A stretch of DNA of 64,000 nt, from the NCBI RefSeq assembly GCF_006345805.1, contig NC_042998.1, positions 171,864,001 through 171,928,000 of the forward strand, in the 5' to 3' direction. A program made the translations under genes and the position numbers. Under the pieces are notes generated by a model. It was not told the DNA's origin. It ran no database searches and worked only from the letters and a program-made list of their open reading frames with translations. This document shows, piece by piece, positions 63,171 to 64,000 of this stretch (the first letter of the stretch is position 1; every line of letters starts with the position of its first letter). Source of the stretch: Octopus sinensis (Eukaryota).

Positions 63171-64000
63171 CAGGGTGCGGTGAATAAATTGTCCTAAATT
63201 ACGCAAAAATGAAAATAAAACTGACATCTCATTTGAATAGATATATTTAGCAAAATTACATACAAATATTTTGAAATACTAAAAAGTAGATTTATGCAAT
63301 AAAATCATTATTGGCTTCAAACACGGCCTTCAGACAACCTTGGAATCTCCTGCAGCTCTTCTGGACGCTCTCCTTGTTTAAGTAGGTGAATGCTGCCATA
63401 ATCCTGGTCTTCAGTTCATCTTTGGTGTTAGAAGGAGTTTTGTTGGTCTCTCGCTCAACTGCGTCCCACACATAATAATCAAGGAGGTTGCAGTCTGGGG
63501 AGTTAGGTGGCCGGATGCCAGGGGTAATGCGGTCGCAGAAATTGTCTGGCAGCCATGACAGCGTTCTCCTTCTTGTGCGGCATAGAGCAGAGTCCTGTTG
63601 CCAGACATAGGGTCTTCCAGCAGTCACCCTCTTGACCCATAGCAGCACTATCTCCTTCAGGCACTTGATATAGACCTCTGTGTTGAGTATGAGGCTGTGT
63701 GAGAAGGTGAATGGAGGCATCACTCTAAACACCATGATGTTGACTGAAAGTTTGATTTTTATCACTCTAAGTACATATTTTGAAGACATGTCAAGCTAAC
63801 GGTTGTTCTGTGTGTTCACCATCTGATCCTGGCAGAATTTTTTCTCCTCTGAGAAAAATCAAAGCATGTTCAGTTGGAGGGGATGTTTATGTTTGTTCAA
63901 AAGTTTCGTAGCGCGATATTTTCCTCTTGTCCTTCATGGCTTGGGATAAAAATTAGCCGTTTCTCATCTTGTATGAGGAATACCGAATGTTTTCATGCAC
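63171..64000 (-). mobile_element. Tc1/mariner transposon remnant, DD37D (maT) type, truncated by the window edge
   Basis: TA|CAGGGTGCGGTGAATAAATTG terminus at 63171; WQQDSA..PPNSPDCNLLDYYVW with 37 residues between the second and third D. Confidence 0.85.

Overview
AT-rich, repeat-saturated eukaryotic DNA. The SINE families and the very long (TA)n/(CA)n/(CATA)n arrays look like an octopus (cephalopod) genome; this is recognition of the repeats, not a database result. I find no intact protein-coding gene, tRNA, rRNA or CRISPR array; nearly all listed ORFs are microsatellite translations or decayed transposon fragments. The window reads as intergenic or intronic, with at most one candidate 63-nt microexon (45049-45111, minus strand). 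Identifiable content: fragments of Tx1/L1, RTE, CR1 and Penelope-like retroelements; pogo/Tigger, hAT and DD37D (maT) transposase remnants; hAT MITEs; a non-autonomous Helitron and a Helentron/HINE-like element; many tRNA-derived SINEs, several with target-site duplications (TSDs); and a 1198-bp tandem duplication. The most unusual signal is a cluster of fold-back (inverted-repeat) elements at 51.5-63.1 kb. Two of them carry type I hammerhead-ribozyme architecture in both arms, and one of these has a compensatory G3:C8 core swap (GUGAACA instead of CUGANGA). A related single copy at 59.1 kb keeps the canonical CUGAAGA/GAAA core. Ribozyme activity is predicted, not shown, and several copies carry core mutations.
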